Assembly (NCBI GenBank): GCA_040954595.2
Contig: CM082576.2
Location: 18,213,028-18,277,027, forward strand
DNA length: 64,000 nucleotides
From: Balanoglossus misakiensis
Lineage: Eukaryota > Animalia > Hemichordata
Direction: 5' to 3'
The notes beneath the pieces are model-generated. The model had not been told where the DNA came from and made no database searches. It saw nothing but the letters and a program-made list of their open reading frames with translations. Numbering within the stretch: the first letter of the stretch is position 1; every line of letters starts with the position of its first letter. The translations under genes were made by a program, and so were the position numbers. Shown here piece by piece: positions 52,536 to 63,576 of this stretch.

Positions 52536-54251
52536 ATGGATCGCGACTTCATACTCAACGGTTTAAAATTTGGTTTCGATATCATTACCCCTGGTACCCC
52601 CCTTCAAAACGTGGACAGAAAAAACTATGCGTCATGCTCTGACCCTGCTAATCGCAAGGCAGTCGAGGAACAAATTATCCATGAGGTTGATGTGGGTAAT
52701 TACCGTGTCACAGCGGAGAAGCCTCAAATAATTAGCAGTTTAGGTGCCATCCCCAAGAAAAACTCTGACAAAGTCAGACTCATACACGACTGCAGCCGCC
52801 CAGTAGGAGGCGCTGTCAACGCGTACGCTTCTACTTCAACTTTTAAATATGAAACTATAGATCACGCGGTGCAACTGTGCAAAGTTGGTTCATATCTCGC
52901 GAAAGTGGACTTGAAGTCAGCGTACCGTTCGGTCCCTATAAGCACGGACTCGCAGCGAGCTACAGGTCTCCGCTACAAATTTTCAGGACAGAATACCTCT
53001 ACTTATATGGTGGACACCAGGCTACCATTCGGGGCAGCCAAAAGCCCAGAAATTTTCACCCGCATAACGCAAAGCGTCACCAGAATGATGTGCAGAAAAG
53101 GGTACCAGGCGGTAATTGTTTATCTTGATGATTTTCTGATTATAGCGGACTCCAAATTTGCTTGCGAGCAAGCATTTCTGGCTTTATTACAACTTTTACA
53201 GAACCTTGGCTTCACAATAAACTGGGACAAAGTGGTAAACCCAACACAGCAGCTGACATTTCTTGGCATAGAGATAAATGCACGCACACGGACGCTTTCC
53301 CTCAATAAGGGCAAATTACAGGACTGGCTTCCTAAGCGGCGAACAACCAAACGCGAACTCCAACAACTACTTGGCAAACTCAACTGGGCAGCACGGGTTA
53401 TTCGCGGCGGACGCACATTTTTGAGACGTCTTATTGACTTGTCAAACTCAGTTTCACAGCAGTCTCATCACATACGCCTTCACAGGCACGCGAGAGCGGA
53501 CATCCAATGGTGGACAAATCTGAGCAAAGTTTTCAATGGTACGGCTTTCTTCATAGAGGAGACTCCGTTGCCCCAACAGGTTTTCACCACTGATGCATGC
53601 GCAATAGCGGGAGCAGGTATTTTCGCGAATGACTGGTTTTATACACAGTGGTCGGCCGACCACCCTATCTTGGCAGACATGCACATCAACTTACAGGAAC
53701 TGTATACAGTCCTGATTGCATGCAGGCGATGGTGTTGTTTCTGGGACAAACACCACATAGTGGTATATACAGACAATACCACAACCATGTACGCCATTAA
53801 CTCTGGTACATCCCGCAACAAAGCGGCTATGGAATGGCTTCGCGAGTTGTTCTGGCTGTCGGCACTATTTAATTTCCACATCACAGCCCGATACGTGAGC
53901 ACCAAGGACAACAGCGCAGACTCCTTATCGCGTTTACACTCTGCCAAACACTACTTCACAGCAGTGAACCTTCTCGCCAATCACCAGCTACACCCGCTAA
54001 GAGATTGGTATCGCCATATGACGGATGCTTCTTACTCTCTTCTACTTCAGGGCCTGTGCAGCAACAGTAATACCAGCTGGATATGGACATCGGCAAATAC
54101 AAGCACGCAGCATATGCAGAATCAACAAAGAAAACATACAGCTCTCAACGTACTGCCTACCTCCGGTTTTGTCTCTACTTCGGCCTCAGGCCTGTGCCCT
54201 GCACGCAACTCACCGTCTGCAGATACATTGTCTTCCTGGCTCGGTCACTAA
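52536..54251 (+). CDS. Reverse transcriptase / RNase H (DIRS/Ngaro type)
   Basis: 571-aa ORF with RLIHDCS, KVDLKSAYR, LPFG, YLDDFL, FLGI (RT) and FTTDAC, HINLQEL, YTDN, ADSLSR (RNase H). Confidence 0.93.
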   Translation: MDRDFILNGLKFGFDIITPGTPLQNVDRKNYASCSDPANRKAVEEQIIHEVDVGNYRVTAEKPQIISSLGAIPKKNSDKVRLIHDCSRPVGGAVNAYASTSTFKYETIDHAVQLCKVGSYLAKVDLKSAYRSVPISTDSQRATGLRYKFSGQNTSTYMVDTRLPFGAAKSPEIFTRITQSVTRMMCRKGYQAVIVYLDDFLIIADSKFACEQAFLALLQLLQNLGFTINWDKVVNPTQQLTFLGIEINARTRTLSLNKGKLQDWLPKRRTTKRELQQLLGKLNWAARVIRGGRTFLRRLIDLSNSVSQQSHHIRLHRHARADIQWWTNLSKVFNGTAFFIEETPLPQQVFTTDACAIAGAGIFANDWFYTQWSADHPILADMHINLQELYTVLIACRRWCCFWDKHHIVVYTDNTTTMYAINSGTSRNKAAMEWLRELFWLSALFNFHITARYVSTKDNSADSLSRLHSAKHYFTAVNLLANHQLHPLRDWYRHMTDASYSLLLQGLCSNSNTSWIWTSANTSTQHMQNQQRKHTALNVLPTSGFVSTSASGLCPARNSPSADTLSSWLGH

Positions 54252-55051
54252 AACCTAGCAGCCTCCCAGGATATTTGAACATTATTAGACTCTTACATGC
54301 TGAAGCTGGCTACGCCAACCCTTTAGAGAACAACTGGCTCCTTTGTATTTTGAAGCGGGGCATAGCTAGGACTCACAGGGTCCCACCCAGCCAAAAACTG
54401 CCAATCTCGCCTTCAATACTGAAGGACATTCACTCACACCTGGATCTGTCAATCCCCTTCAATGCCACATTTTGGTGCGCTTGTCTTTTCGCATTTTTCA
54501 CCTTCGCCAGAAAGTCCACATTGTTGTTAAAAGATCAAACACTGCCAAATTCCAGTAAGTACTTGCGCAGAGATGATGTGTCCGTTCACAACGGTCTGGC
54601 TACCATTACGGTCCGCCACACAAAAACTATCCAGTATGGCCAACGAGTACTACAGTTGCCCCTTCAACAAATTGCCAACTCCTGCCTATGTCCGGTGGCA
54701 GCTTTCCACCAGATGCTTCATCTCTCCCCATCAGAGGAACCTCATACCCATTTATTTTCATATCGACCATCAGCCAATGCACCCACATCCTGCCCTCAGG
54801 TTCTCACTCATTCAAAGTTTACAAAAACACTCAGACTAGTCCTGAGCAATTGTGGCTACAAACCATCCCTGTATTCGGGTCATTCATTTCGCAGGGGAGG
54901 GGCAACATTTGCGGTGAACTTGGGTATTCCCCCTCTTCTCATCAAATTACAAGGCGACTGGAGCTCAAATGCCTTCAAACGCTATACTGTCATTTCCTCG
55001 GAAACCAAATGTAGAGTCGCCAAATCCCTGGCGTTAGCCTTATCAGATTAG
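54083..55051 (+). CDS. Tyrosine recombinase (phage-integrase family) of the Ngaro element
   Basis: 322-aa ORF overlapping the RT ORF; catalytic R (FARKS), K (HTKT), HSFRRGGA (HxxR), GDW, and Y (FKRY). Confidence 0.93.
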   Translation: MDIGKYKHAAYAESTKKTYSSQRTAYLRFCLYFGLRPVPCTQLTVCRYIVFLARSLKPSSLPGYLNIIRLLHAEAGYANPLENNWLLCILKRGIARTHRVPPSQKLPISPSILKDIHSHLDLSIPFNATFWCACLFAFFTFARKSTLLLKDQTLPNSSKYLRRDDVSVHNGLATITVRHTKTIQYGQRVLQLPLQQIANSCLCPVAAFHQMLHLSPSEEPHTHLFSYRPSANAPTSCPQVLTHSKFTKTLRLVLSNCGYKPSLYSGHSFRRGGATFAVNLGIPPLLIKLQGDWSSNAFKRYTVISSETKCRVAKSLALALSD

Positions 55052-55092
55052 TAAGGGCGCTAGCACGCACTGCCTGTGTTGGGGGTATTGTT

Positions 55093-55562
55093 TGGCGGTT
55101 TTTCAGGCTATTTAGCCGGTCAACATGAGAAATTAAACTAGTTGACCTTTACCCCCAACACTTGTGTCTGTTTTATTAGTTTGTTAATGATAGTAGTGTT
55201 GCCATTTAAGTGTACAATAACACTTGTTTTATTGGAGTTTAAATGGAGCTGGGATCGAGGATGTGGGAGTTGGTCCTGGGACGAGGCTACCTCGTGGTTT
55301 ATTGCCCAGACGGACAGCGGACATTCCCCACCCTCCCTCCCATTGTTTAAAAAAATACGATAATGTTATTAAAAGTTAAGAGCTTTATCGTTAGAAGCGC
55401 TTTTAGTGTTACATGGTTCGCCTCTGCATTCTGTAATTCCTGTTCTGGCGGTTTTTCAGGCTATTTAGCCGGTCAACATGAGAAATTAAAATAGTTGACC
55501 TTTACCCCCAACACTTGTGTCTGTTTTATTAGTTTGTTAGTGATAGTAGTGTTGCCATTTAA
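55093..55562 (+). repeat. Ngaro 3' terminal repeats B1-A2-spacer-B2
   Basis: B = tggcggtttttcagg...gttgccatttaa (117 bp, twice); A2 directly abuts B1. Confidence 0.92.
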
Positions 55563-55589
55563 ATATTAATATTATTACATAAACGACAC

Positions 55590-56785
55590 TCTTACTTAGC
55601 ATAGGAATTGGTCAGGTGAACTATATTCGCAGAGCTGACCAATTGTTTAAGTAAAATTCAAGTTGGGTAATATGGACGTATTCACATTTACAAACTGTGC
55701 TATGTATGGGATAGTGATGTTGCCTAATTTGAACGTCTCCACATTTACTTGAATTCTAGTAGTAGCTAAACAAGGCTGCCTATAAAAAGATCATTGTGAA
55801 ACATACACAACACTTTTATTGAGCATGGGAAATGTTAATGAGAACTGTGTTCTCGGAGCTCACAAACAGTGTTATGGGAAATTCAAGCTGCTAAACTTGC
55901 ATGTATCTACATTTACTGAAATTCTGATTATGAGCTAAATAAGGCAATGTATGGGAATGTCATTTTACCGCATACTGTCACACAACATTTCTATTTAGCA
56001 TGGGAAATAGTCTTAAGAACAGTATTCTCAGAGTTGACAAACTGTGTTATGTGTAGGATATTCAAGTTGCCTAATTGACAATTGTTAGCAACCAGTTGTC
56101 TTCAAGAAGGTTTGGGGCACCAACCTCAACATGCTTTATTCTCACTACATTTAGGTACCCAGGTATGCTAGATGGTTTTAGTGATCTATAAAGTTACCTT
56201 GTATATTGAGCAACTGTTAACTTGGAGTGTTGCTCAATGATAGGAAAGTCCTTTGTTCATTTTCAAAGTGAAAACCAAAAATGTGAACAAAACACACTGA
56301 GTTATGTACGGGATATTGATGTTGCCTAATTTGCATGTCTCCACATTTACTTAAACTCTAAAAGGGAGACAAATGTCGCAGCAGAGGGAAAATAATTATG
56401 CCACACGCAACACATTTATTGAGCATGGGAAATGTTCATGAGAACTGTCTTATGAGAATTCTCAGGGCTCACAAACTGTGTTATAGGAAATCTGACAAGG
56501 AATCCAAACTGTAACACATACACAACATTGTTATTTAGCCTGGGAAATGGTCCTGAGAACAATATTCTCAGAGTTGACAAACTGTGTTATGTGCATTATA
56601 TTGATGTTGTCTAATTTGTACGCCTGTACATTTATTAATACTCTGACAGTGAGCTTAATAACGCAGCGCCGGCTAAGGTCATGTTGCCATGTACACAACA
56701 TTTTTAATTAGCATAGGTAATGGTCATGATAACTTCATTTGCAGAGCTGTCAAACTGTGTTATGTGAAATTCATGTTGCCTTTTT
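55590..56785 (+). repeat. Old, degenerate ~175-180-bp tandem repeat (one copy also at ~26430-26588)
   Basis: Recurrent agcatgggaaat...gagaac...gagct(g/c)acaaactgtgttat...ttgcctaatttg...ccacatttac...gagctaaacaaggc. Confidence 0.7.
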
Positions 56786-56811
56786 CGTGATGATGGCTTG
56801 TGGTACACAAG

Positions 56812-57490
56812 GGTTAACAGCAATCAGCAATTGCTTGTATGAAGGGTATGATGATTGGTTTACAAATGTGAATGGTATAATAATGGGCAACACACGTGGA
56901 AGGGTTTAATAAACAGTTAACAAATGTGGTGATGGTTTGCGGTAAAATTGAGTGTACACAGATTATAATGGGCCAAACAATGAGTATAATAAAGATAATT
57001 GCACTGTGCATGTCCCGCACTTTGGCCCCTCACTATTGTATTTTCGACACCCTTACATACCTTTTAATGATGGTGAAGGGTTTTATGTGAATGGTGTAAT
57101 AAAGGTTAACAAATGTGGTGATAGCTTTGGTGTACAGGCTGTAAATATTGATAGTAATGACAAAGGTATAATAATAATAAAAGCTTAAATAAGTGTCGGG
57201 GTATACTCATCATGATGGTTCGTTCATTGGTTAATGTGTATATTTTATGAATAACATGCTATTGTTTCTCAGATAGTTCATAATCAGGATTTTTCCATGC
57301 ACATCGTCATCATGATTCAGTGGAATTCTTCGGAATGGTACCTGTGATCATTTTCACGCACCGACACACTGTACGCGGCAGACATGCAGAAAATATTAAC
57401 ACGTAACTCGCACGTATAATGTTCAATCTAAACGACTATATGTTAGGTTAGCTTCAACTCCCCACCCCATCCAAATTCCACATTTAGCTT
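56812..57490 (+). repeat. Diverged segmental duplicate, copy 2 (paralog at 24920-25610)
   Basis: Same shared motifs and same orientation as copy 1. Confidence 0.8.
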
Positions 57491-57742
57491 GCTGTGAGGT
57501 TTTGGGGTAGTACCGATTGGGAAACTTCAAGGTTCATTCACTGTATCAAATATTGGATTTGTCACACTGTGTCTTGGGTGGGTAAAACATGGAGAAATGT
57601 TGTCAGTAAACTTTAACCAGGCAGGTCACATGAAAGGAAGATTGTATCGTTTGAGTTCGATGACATACATGATAAGATTTGTCACTTTTGACACCTTTTT
57701 GCAATTTGACTTAGACGCAGATGTATCTTTTCATTTGGACAC

Positions 57743-57974
57743 TGTTATGTTTACTGACTCGGTGAGATCAGGTAACGTTTTGTGTAACTCTTTTAATGAG
57801 AAACTTCAACTGGAACACGAACACAACAACTGTACGTTCTGCTAGTACAAGATGGCAGCCATGAACGCAGGGAAAAAAACATGACCTTACAATGTCATAT
57901 AAACTCTGCTAGAGGGCGCTCTATCAAAGCATTGCATGTGGTATGCTATAGTGGGTTATAGGCATATCATAACA
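57743..57974 (-). repeat. 3' LTR
   Basis: tgttatg...cataaca; adjacent tccccctccttaag is the polypurine tract on the minus strand. Confidence 0.95.
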
Positions 57975-58236
57975 TCCCCCTCCTTAAGCTGGATAGCAAA
58001 CTTGTGAAAAGTGTATTGCGATAAATGTTCAGACACAGAGTCCATAATGTTCTATCAACTGAGAGTTCCTATCAGTCTATGAATTCATGCAAACAGTGTT
58101 CATTGTAATGTTCAAATAACGCTAAAGTTTTGACACTGGGAATAACACCAACACTGTGAAATGTACTGCAAGATTTTCAGCTTTGTGAAATGTTTTAACA
58201 AGAATGCAACATCAACAACTAATGGTCTCTGGTGAT

Positions 58237-60883
58237 TCACGAGAGTACAAAATCATCGAATTTGCTCGGTAGTTTACTGTTCCGCTTTGGGCGATCCACA
58301 GAACAAGGAGCAAGTGTTTCTTGAGCGGTGTCTGCCTTGAGTGCGCATCTGACATCTGGCTGGCGATCACCTGTTTCATCAGTTGCAGTGCGGCTGGATG
58401 CTGCATTGTGGTGCGGTTGGTGCGTGGGCTTTACATGAACTAAATCACGCTGATATTTAACTCCCTCCGGGGTCCGGATGGTGTATCTGCGATCAGACGA
58501 CTTGTCAATCACCGCAGCTGGTTGCCAGGTTGACTTTGGTGTCTTCTGAAATCTGCATGGGGAGCCAATATGGAGTGGCATTTTTTCAGCATGTCCTCCA
58601 TGAGGTATGTAAGAGGTCAAAACTCGGTAGTCTGCACCAGGTTCTGCGCCAGGCGCATTTTCATAAAAGGGAACTCTGCGCCATGTGTTTGCACCATGCA
58701 TTCTGCGCCACCCTTTGCGCCAAGCGATCTGCGCCACCCTATTCACGTACGTGCATGTGTAGGATGGACGGTAACAACGCAGCATCCCAGTACACGCACA
58801 ATATACACGTTTGTACATTACATGTTTATTTCAAATGAAAGGTAATTAAAAAGAACTTTTGTACAGCGTGTAATTTCTGAAAATTGTTGAGAAAAAAAAG
58901 TAAATTCAAGTTCGTTCGCGGGCTGAATGGGTTAACAGGAACAGTTGGTTTCCTGGAAACTACTGATAACTTCGTAAACAACGTTCAGTCTATTATTTCT
59001 TCAGAAAACCGTTGAGAGATGATTGTTTTAGGGAACATCGCTTCTGCACAATGGCGTTCGGTCATCGATTTCAAATTCTGGATTTCGGTGAGATAGCGAG
59101 TCGCCATCTGGGTCGACGTTTTCAGTGTTGTCACTCATGTTTTACTGTCATAATTAATATTCACCGATAAGATTAATAAATCGCCGCCCTAGTCGACACT
59201 ACGTGGCCTCACTGTAGGTTGTATTGTTTACAACAGAGATTCACACCTCGCCAAGGGGTGGCTTATCAGTAAATTGCTAACGAAGTGTTGACAAACCGTC
59301 GTCTTGACTATTGTTCGGAAGACAGGAAAACCAAAATTAGCACATCGTTGCGGTAATTTTTGATGAAAGACATGATGTCAACCTTTTCAATGAAGTGATC
59401 GGTTGAATTTGAGGGGTGGGACCGACCAACGCTGTCGGTGTTCGAAGTGGCAATGATCACTTTACGTGATGTCATCACGAGAATGCGTCGCGTTATCGAC
59501 CAAAATTCGTGTAATAACCCCTTTATCGTACATGCCTACCTATAAAACAGTACGATTTGCGAAAATGCACCGAGAAAAACAATTTCACGGCCAGAAATTT
59601 GAACAGGACGTCCTGAGATCACAGCAGTAGCCCATAGCCAAGTGAGACTGGGCGATGCGATCAGGTGATCAACGTGTAGGCAGTAGTATCATTCTAAGGG
59701 GCTGGCAGCTTCAATTACGATGGGCACATCCGCATTCTGAATAAAATTGTCTACGTTCTCTTTCCAAATAACAAGTTAACAATTATTTTGCATTGAGAAA
59801 TACGACGCAAGAAAAATGATACATTCAACATGGCAAAACCACGGGGTTTGAAAACGTTATTACATGCTTTATTTTTATCGATCGTCCATCAATGGTCCCC
59901 TAGGACTGCGAGGCGAACGCGAACGAGACCCAGGCTCCACTGGGACGCCGCGTTGTTGCCGTCCATCCTACACATGCACGTACGTACGCAGATCGATTGG
60001 CGCAAAGGGTGGCGCAGAATGCATGGTGCAAACACATGGCGCAGAGTTCCCTTTTATGAAATGCGCCTGGCGCAGAACCTGGTGCAGACTACCGAGTTTT
60101 GACCTCTTACATACCTGCCTCCATTTGAGTTTGCTCGCTGCTCGATTCTGTCTCTGTAGACATCTGAGGCTGGTTGATGACCGTACCGGTAATGTATGAA
60201 TGGAAGATTTGTCTCCACCTTTCTGCCGGGGAACATCAACGCGAATGGAGACGGAACGTCTGCTGTGATGGGTGTATCACGTAGCGTTGTGAGGATTTCT
60301 CTCAGGTTTTCCTCTCCTTTCTTGAGCGACTTTTAAGCATGGCTTTCACCGTGCCTCTTTCTGCACGCCCATTCGCTTGTTGGTGATAGGGTGCACTGGT
60401 GGAATACCGTATTTCATGGGATCTGCAGTACTCGTGGTATCATTCCTCACTTATGAGTTGTGAGCCGTTGTCGGAAATCAATTTCTCGGGGTAGCCGAAA
60501 TTGGAGAAAATTTCGTCTAGCTTGCCGATGACTGTTGAGCTTCGTGTGTTGGGTAGCTTGTTTGCCCAGACGAAACCTGTGTAGTAGTCAACGCTAAGCA
60601 GGTACTGAGATGACTCAAACTCGAATAAGTCGCTGCCAATCGTCTGCATGGCTTCAATGCTGTGGATTGGTTGTACTGGAAGCTTGGTTTGGCTTCGCTG
60701 ATATGACTGACATTGGTTACAGTCGCGTACCATGTTTTCGATGTCTGCGTTCAGACCGGGCCAGTACACTGATTGTCGGGCTCGAAGTCTGGTTTTCTCG
60801 ACACCTTGGTGCTGTTGGTGAAGTACTTGTAGGATGTGTTGACTCATACTGGACGGTATGACGATTCTGTGACCTTTCAGCAC
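58237..60883 (-). pseudogene. Gypsy integrase, frameshifted and split by an insertion
   Basis: LHQQHQG...VYWP...CNQCQ (HHCC), GSDLFE, SVDYY, SDNGSQL; the C-terminal part rejoins as ...RANSNGG|HAEKMPLHIGSPCRFQ...WQPAAV... when 58602-60124 is removed. Confidence 0.88.
58602..60117. mobile_element. 1.5-kb non-autonomous DNA transposon with ~180-190-bp TIRs and 7-bp TSD (P-superfamily-like)
   Basis: TSD cctccat (58595-58601, 60118-60124); ends gaggtatgtaagagg / cctcttacatacctg; TIRs 58602-58791 and 59939-60117. Confidence 0.9.
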
Positions 60884-60904
60884 AACACCCTTAGAGCGAT
60901 GCTG

Positions 60905-63193
60905 TCAGTATGCGTGGGCTGTTTCGTTGCACTGGTTCTTCTCTTTCGGCCATCCGTTTGTTATGTACACAGACAATGACTGAAGAACTGAGTCAGCGTC
61001 AGTCAGTTGGCGGATCCGATCTATGACAAAGGGCTTCATAGTAGAAATTTCGTGCACATGAACATCAACATCAGGAAACTGATATGTGGTCTGCTTCGTG
61101 TCTACGCATCTGGAAAAACAGTCGGCGAGTGGTACGTCCTGACCTGGGACGTAATGGATAGCGTACTTGTATCCCTGTATGTGTAGAATCAGTCTCTGCA
61201 GCCTAACTGGCATCTTGCAAATTTGCTTCTTTGCTATCGCTTCTAGTATAGTGGCTTGTGGTCGGTGTGAATGGTATAACGTCCACTAAACACGTAGTGC
61301 TTGAAGTGTATCGTTGCCCATACAACAGCTAACATCTCGCGTTCTATGTTGCTGTAGTTAGACTCAGTGGGGGTGAGGGCTTTCGATGCGAAATGGATTG
61401 GTTTGCCATTCTGCAGTAACACAGCACCTAGACCTTTGCATGATGCATCACACTGGATCACGATTTCTTTGCTAGCGTCGAAGTAGGTAAGTACTGGCGC
61501 TTTGGTGATAGCATTTATCCTGTGTAGTGCTTGGTCGTGGCTTTCAGACCAAATAAACAGGACGTCTTTCTGTAGTAGTTTTCTGAGTGGTTCAGTCAGT
61601 GGACTCAGCTTCACGAACTTTGACAGGTAGTTTACGAGACTGAGGAGTGACTGTAGCTCTTGTTTGTTTGTTGGCGCTTTCAGTTTCTGGATTGCAGCCA
61701 CTTTAGATGGGTCGGGCGATACTCCATCTTTGCTCAGGATGTGTCCGAACAGCTTAACTCTGTCTTTGTTAAACTGACATTTCTCGCCGTTGAGCTTGAC
61801 ATTGTTCTGTCTGCAGGCTTTCATGACATTTTGTATGGCTATGTCATGTTGTTGTCTGGATTCGGCAGCAATGAGGATGTCATCCTTTATGCAGTATTCA
61901 TTGCTGACCTTCTGGAAAATCCGATCCAGCTCAATCTTGAATACTTCTTGGGCTGAGATGAGTCCAAACGGTAGGCGTGTGAAGCAATATCTGCCGTATA
62001 TAGTGCTGAATGTGGTGAGGAGTTGCGATTCCTCATCAAGTGGGATATTCCAATATCCGCTTCTGAGATCAAGTGTTGAGAAGTACTTTGCGTTCTTCAG
62101 CTCTGGAAGAATGTCATCAAGAGTTTTCGCGTAGTAGTGTGGACGTTTGATGAACTTGTTAAGTTCGCGTGGGTCCAGACATATGCGTAGGGATCCGTCA
62201 GCCTTTGTGACAAGTACAATGTTGTTGACCCATTCAGTCGGTTCCTGTACTTCCCTGATGACGCCGATTTCAATCAGACGGTCAAGTTCTTGTCTGAGAG
62301 GGGTTTTCAGTGGGTCGGGTGTTCTCCTTGTTGCGTTAACTGTGGGCACTGCTCCATCAGACAGCTGGATTTTGTGTTCATTTTGGATTTTGCCAACACC
62401 TTCGAACACATCAGCGTTGTCATTGATGAAATGTTCCTTGCTGGTGTACGATGCGATTTCTTTCACATCAAATTTCTCAAAGCAGCTGTGTCTATCACAG
62501 GGAAATTTCACAAGTCCTAGCTTGGCGCATAAGCTGAGGCCGAGTAGGTTGTTCCCCTGTTCTGAGATGAAGGACACGACATTAAGTAGACGGGCGTTTT
62601 GATGCTCGATGACCGGGACAGTTACTTTCCCATGGTTTGGGAAACGTTTGCCTCCATATCCGCTAAGACGCATATCAGTTGTGTCTGGCTTGTGGTTTGG
62701 GCCAAACAGTGTTCGGTATGTGGTATAGTCATGCGTTTTCTTATCATGCTGATCAGCTGGTTGAGTGTTTTTATTGGTGGTAGAGCGGCATTTCTTTGCC
62801 CAGTGGTTGCGATTGCCACATTTCCTGCAGTCCTGTCCGAAAGCTGGACATTTTCTTGGCGGGTGGTCCAGGCCACAGTTTCTGCATTCCCCACCTGTGT
62901 TTTGCTTCAGCTTGCTTTGTTTGTGGTTATGCACCTTCGCCCTGGCGGAGTGTACAACTTCTCCTGGTTCAGGCGGCGTTGCTTGCCCCATAGTCTTCAG
63001 TGCAGACACATGCGCATTGGCGGCTTCATAAGTTCTACTGAGGGCTATGGCTTCATTGAGTGTGTATTTTTTAGGTTTTGTTAACAGCTCTTTCTGGAAC
63101 TCAAGTATTGGCGTAGCGGCAATGATTAAATAGGTCGAAGGATTCAGTTAAATTGTCCGACTCCCAGTTCATAACCGGTATTTTGTTTGCCAT
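60905..63193 (-). pseudogene. Gypsy gag-protease-RT-RNase H, with internal deletions and frameshifts
   Basis: Gag start MANKIPVMNWESDNL at 63193; twin CCHC knuckles CRNCGLDH..RKC and CRKCGNRNHWAKKC; protease C-terminal LLGLSLCAKLGLV but no DTG/DSG site; RT LDLRSGYW, LPFG, IKDDIL; RNase H QCDAS, EREMLA, TDHKPL. Confidence 0.9.
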
Positions 63194-63324
63194 GGTCGTT
63201 TCGGGAAATGTGCTCGCTGTGTGTTGCTAGGTATATGCTATACATTAGGCTAGGCTGTGTTCACATCAAAAGTCAACTTACGCCAATTGCTTTGGATTGG
63301 GTATCACTCGTCTTCTGATGTCAA

Positions 63325-63341
63325 CCGTCACTGGGTCACCA
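63325..63341 (-). promoter_or_regulatory. Primer-binding site
   Basis: Minus strand tggtgacccagtgacgg immediately inside the 5' LTR; TGGTGACCC resembles the complement of the tRNA-Trp 3' end (tRNA identity tentative). Confidence 0.65.
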
Positions 63342-63572
63342 TGTTATGTTTACTGACTTGGTGAGATCAAGTTATGTTTTGTGTAACTCGTTTCATGAGA
63401 AACTTCAACTGGAACACGAACACAACAACTGTACGTTCTGCTAGTACAAGATGGCAGCCATGAACGCGGGAAAAATCATGACCTTACAATGTCATATGAA
63501 CTCTGCTAGAGGGCGCTCTATCAAAGCATTGCATGTGGTATGCTATAGTGAGATTATAGGTATATCATAACA
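63342..63572 (-). repeat. 5' LTR
   Basis: About a dozen differences from the 3' LTR by eye (~94-95% identity). Confidence 0.95.
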
Positions 63573-63576
63573 GACA

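Larger units (their letters stand above)
51293..55562 (+). mobile_element. Ngaro-type tyrosine recombinase (DIRS order) retrotransposon, full length
   Basis: Split direct repeats A1 51293-51408, B1 55093-55209, A2 55210-55325, B2 55446-55562; gag, RT/RNase H and YR ORFs; no methyltransferase domain. Confidence 0.93.
57743..63572 (-). mobile_element. Ty3/Gypsy LTR retrotransposon (Mag-like), decayed but structurally complete
   Basis: Two ~231-bp TG...CA LTRs, PBS, PPT, gag-PR-RT-RH-IN order; flanks gacac (57738-57742) / gacat (63573-63577). Confidence 0.95.

Noticed and set aside
54083-55051. Prophage or bacterial integrase interpretation of the tyrosine recombinase
   Set aside because: It overlaps a DIRS-type RT/RNase H ORF within split direct repeats, which is diagnostic of a eukaryotic YR retrotransposon.
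58237-58845. ORFs 58237..58818 (-), 58530..58838 (+), 58570..58845 (+) and mirror ORFs at 59830-60239
   Set aside because: Chimeras or read-throughs of the GC-rich TIR with the integrase tail; their mutual similarity simply reflects the inverted repeats.
58915-58935. piggyBac-like end gggctgaatgggttaa inside the long-TIR element
   Set aside because: No matching opposite end (ttaacccattcagccc) found in the window.
61660-63084. Plus-strand ORFs overlapping Gypsy pol
   Set aside because: Antisense shadows of the RT/gag frame.
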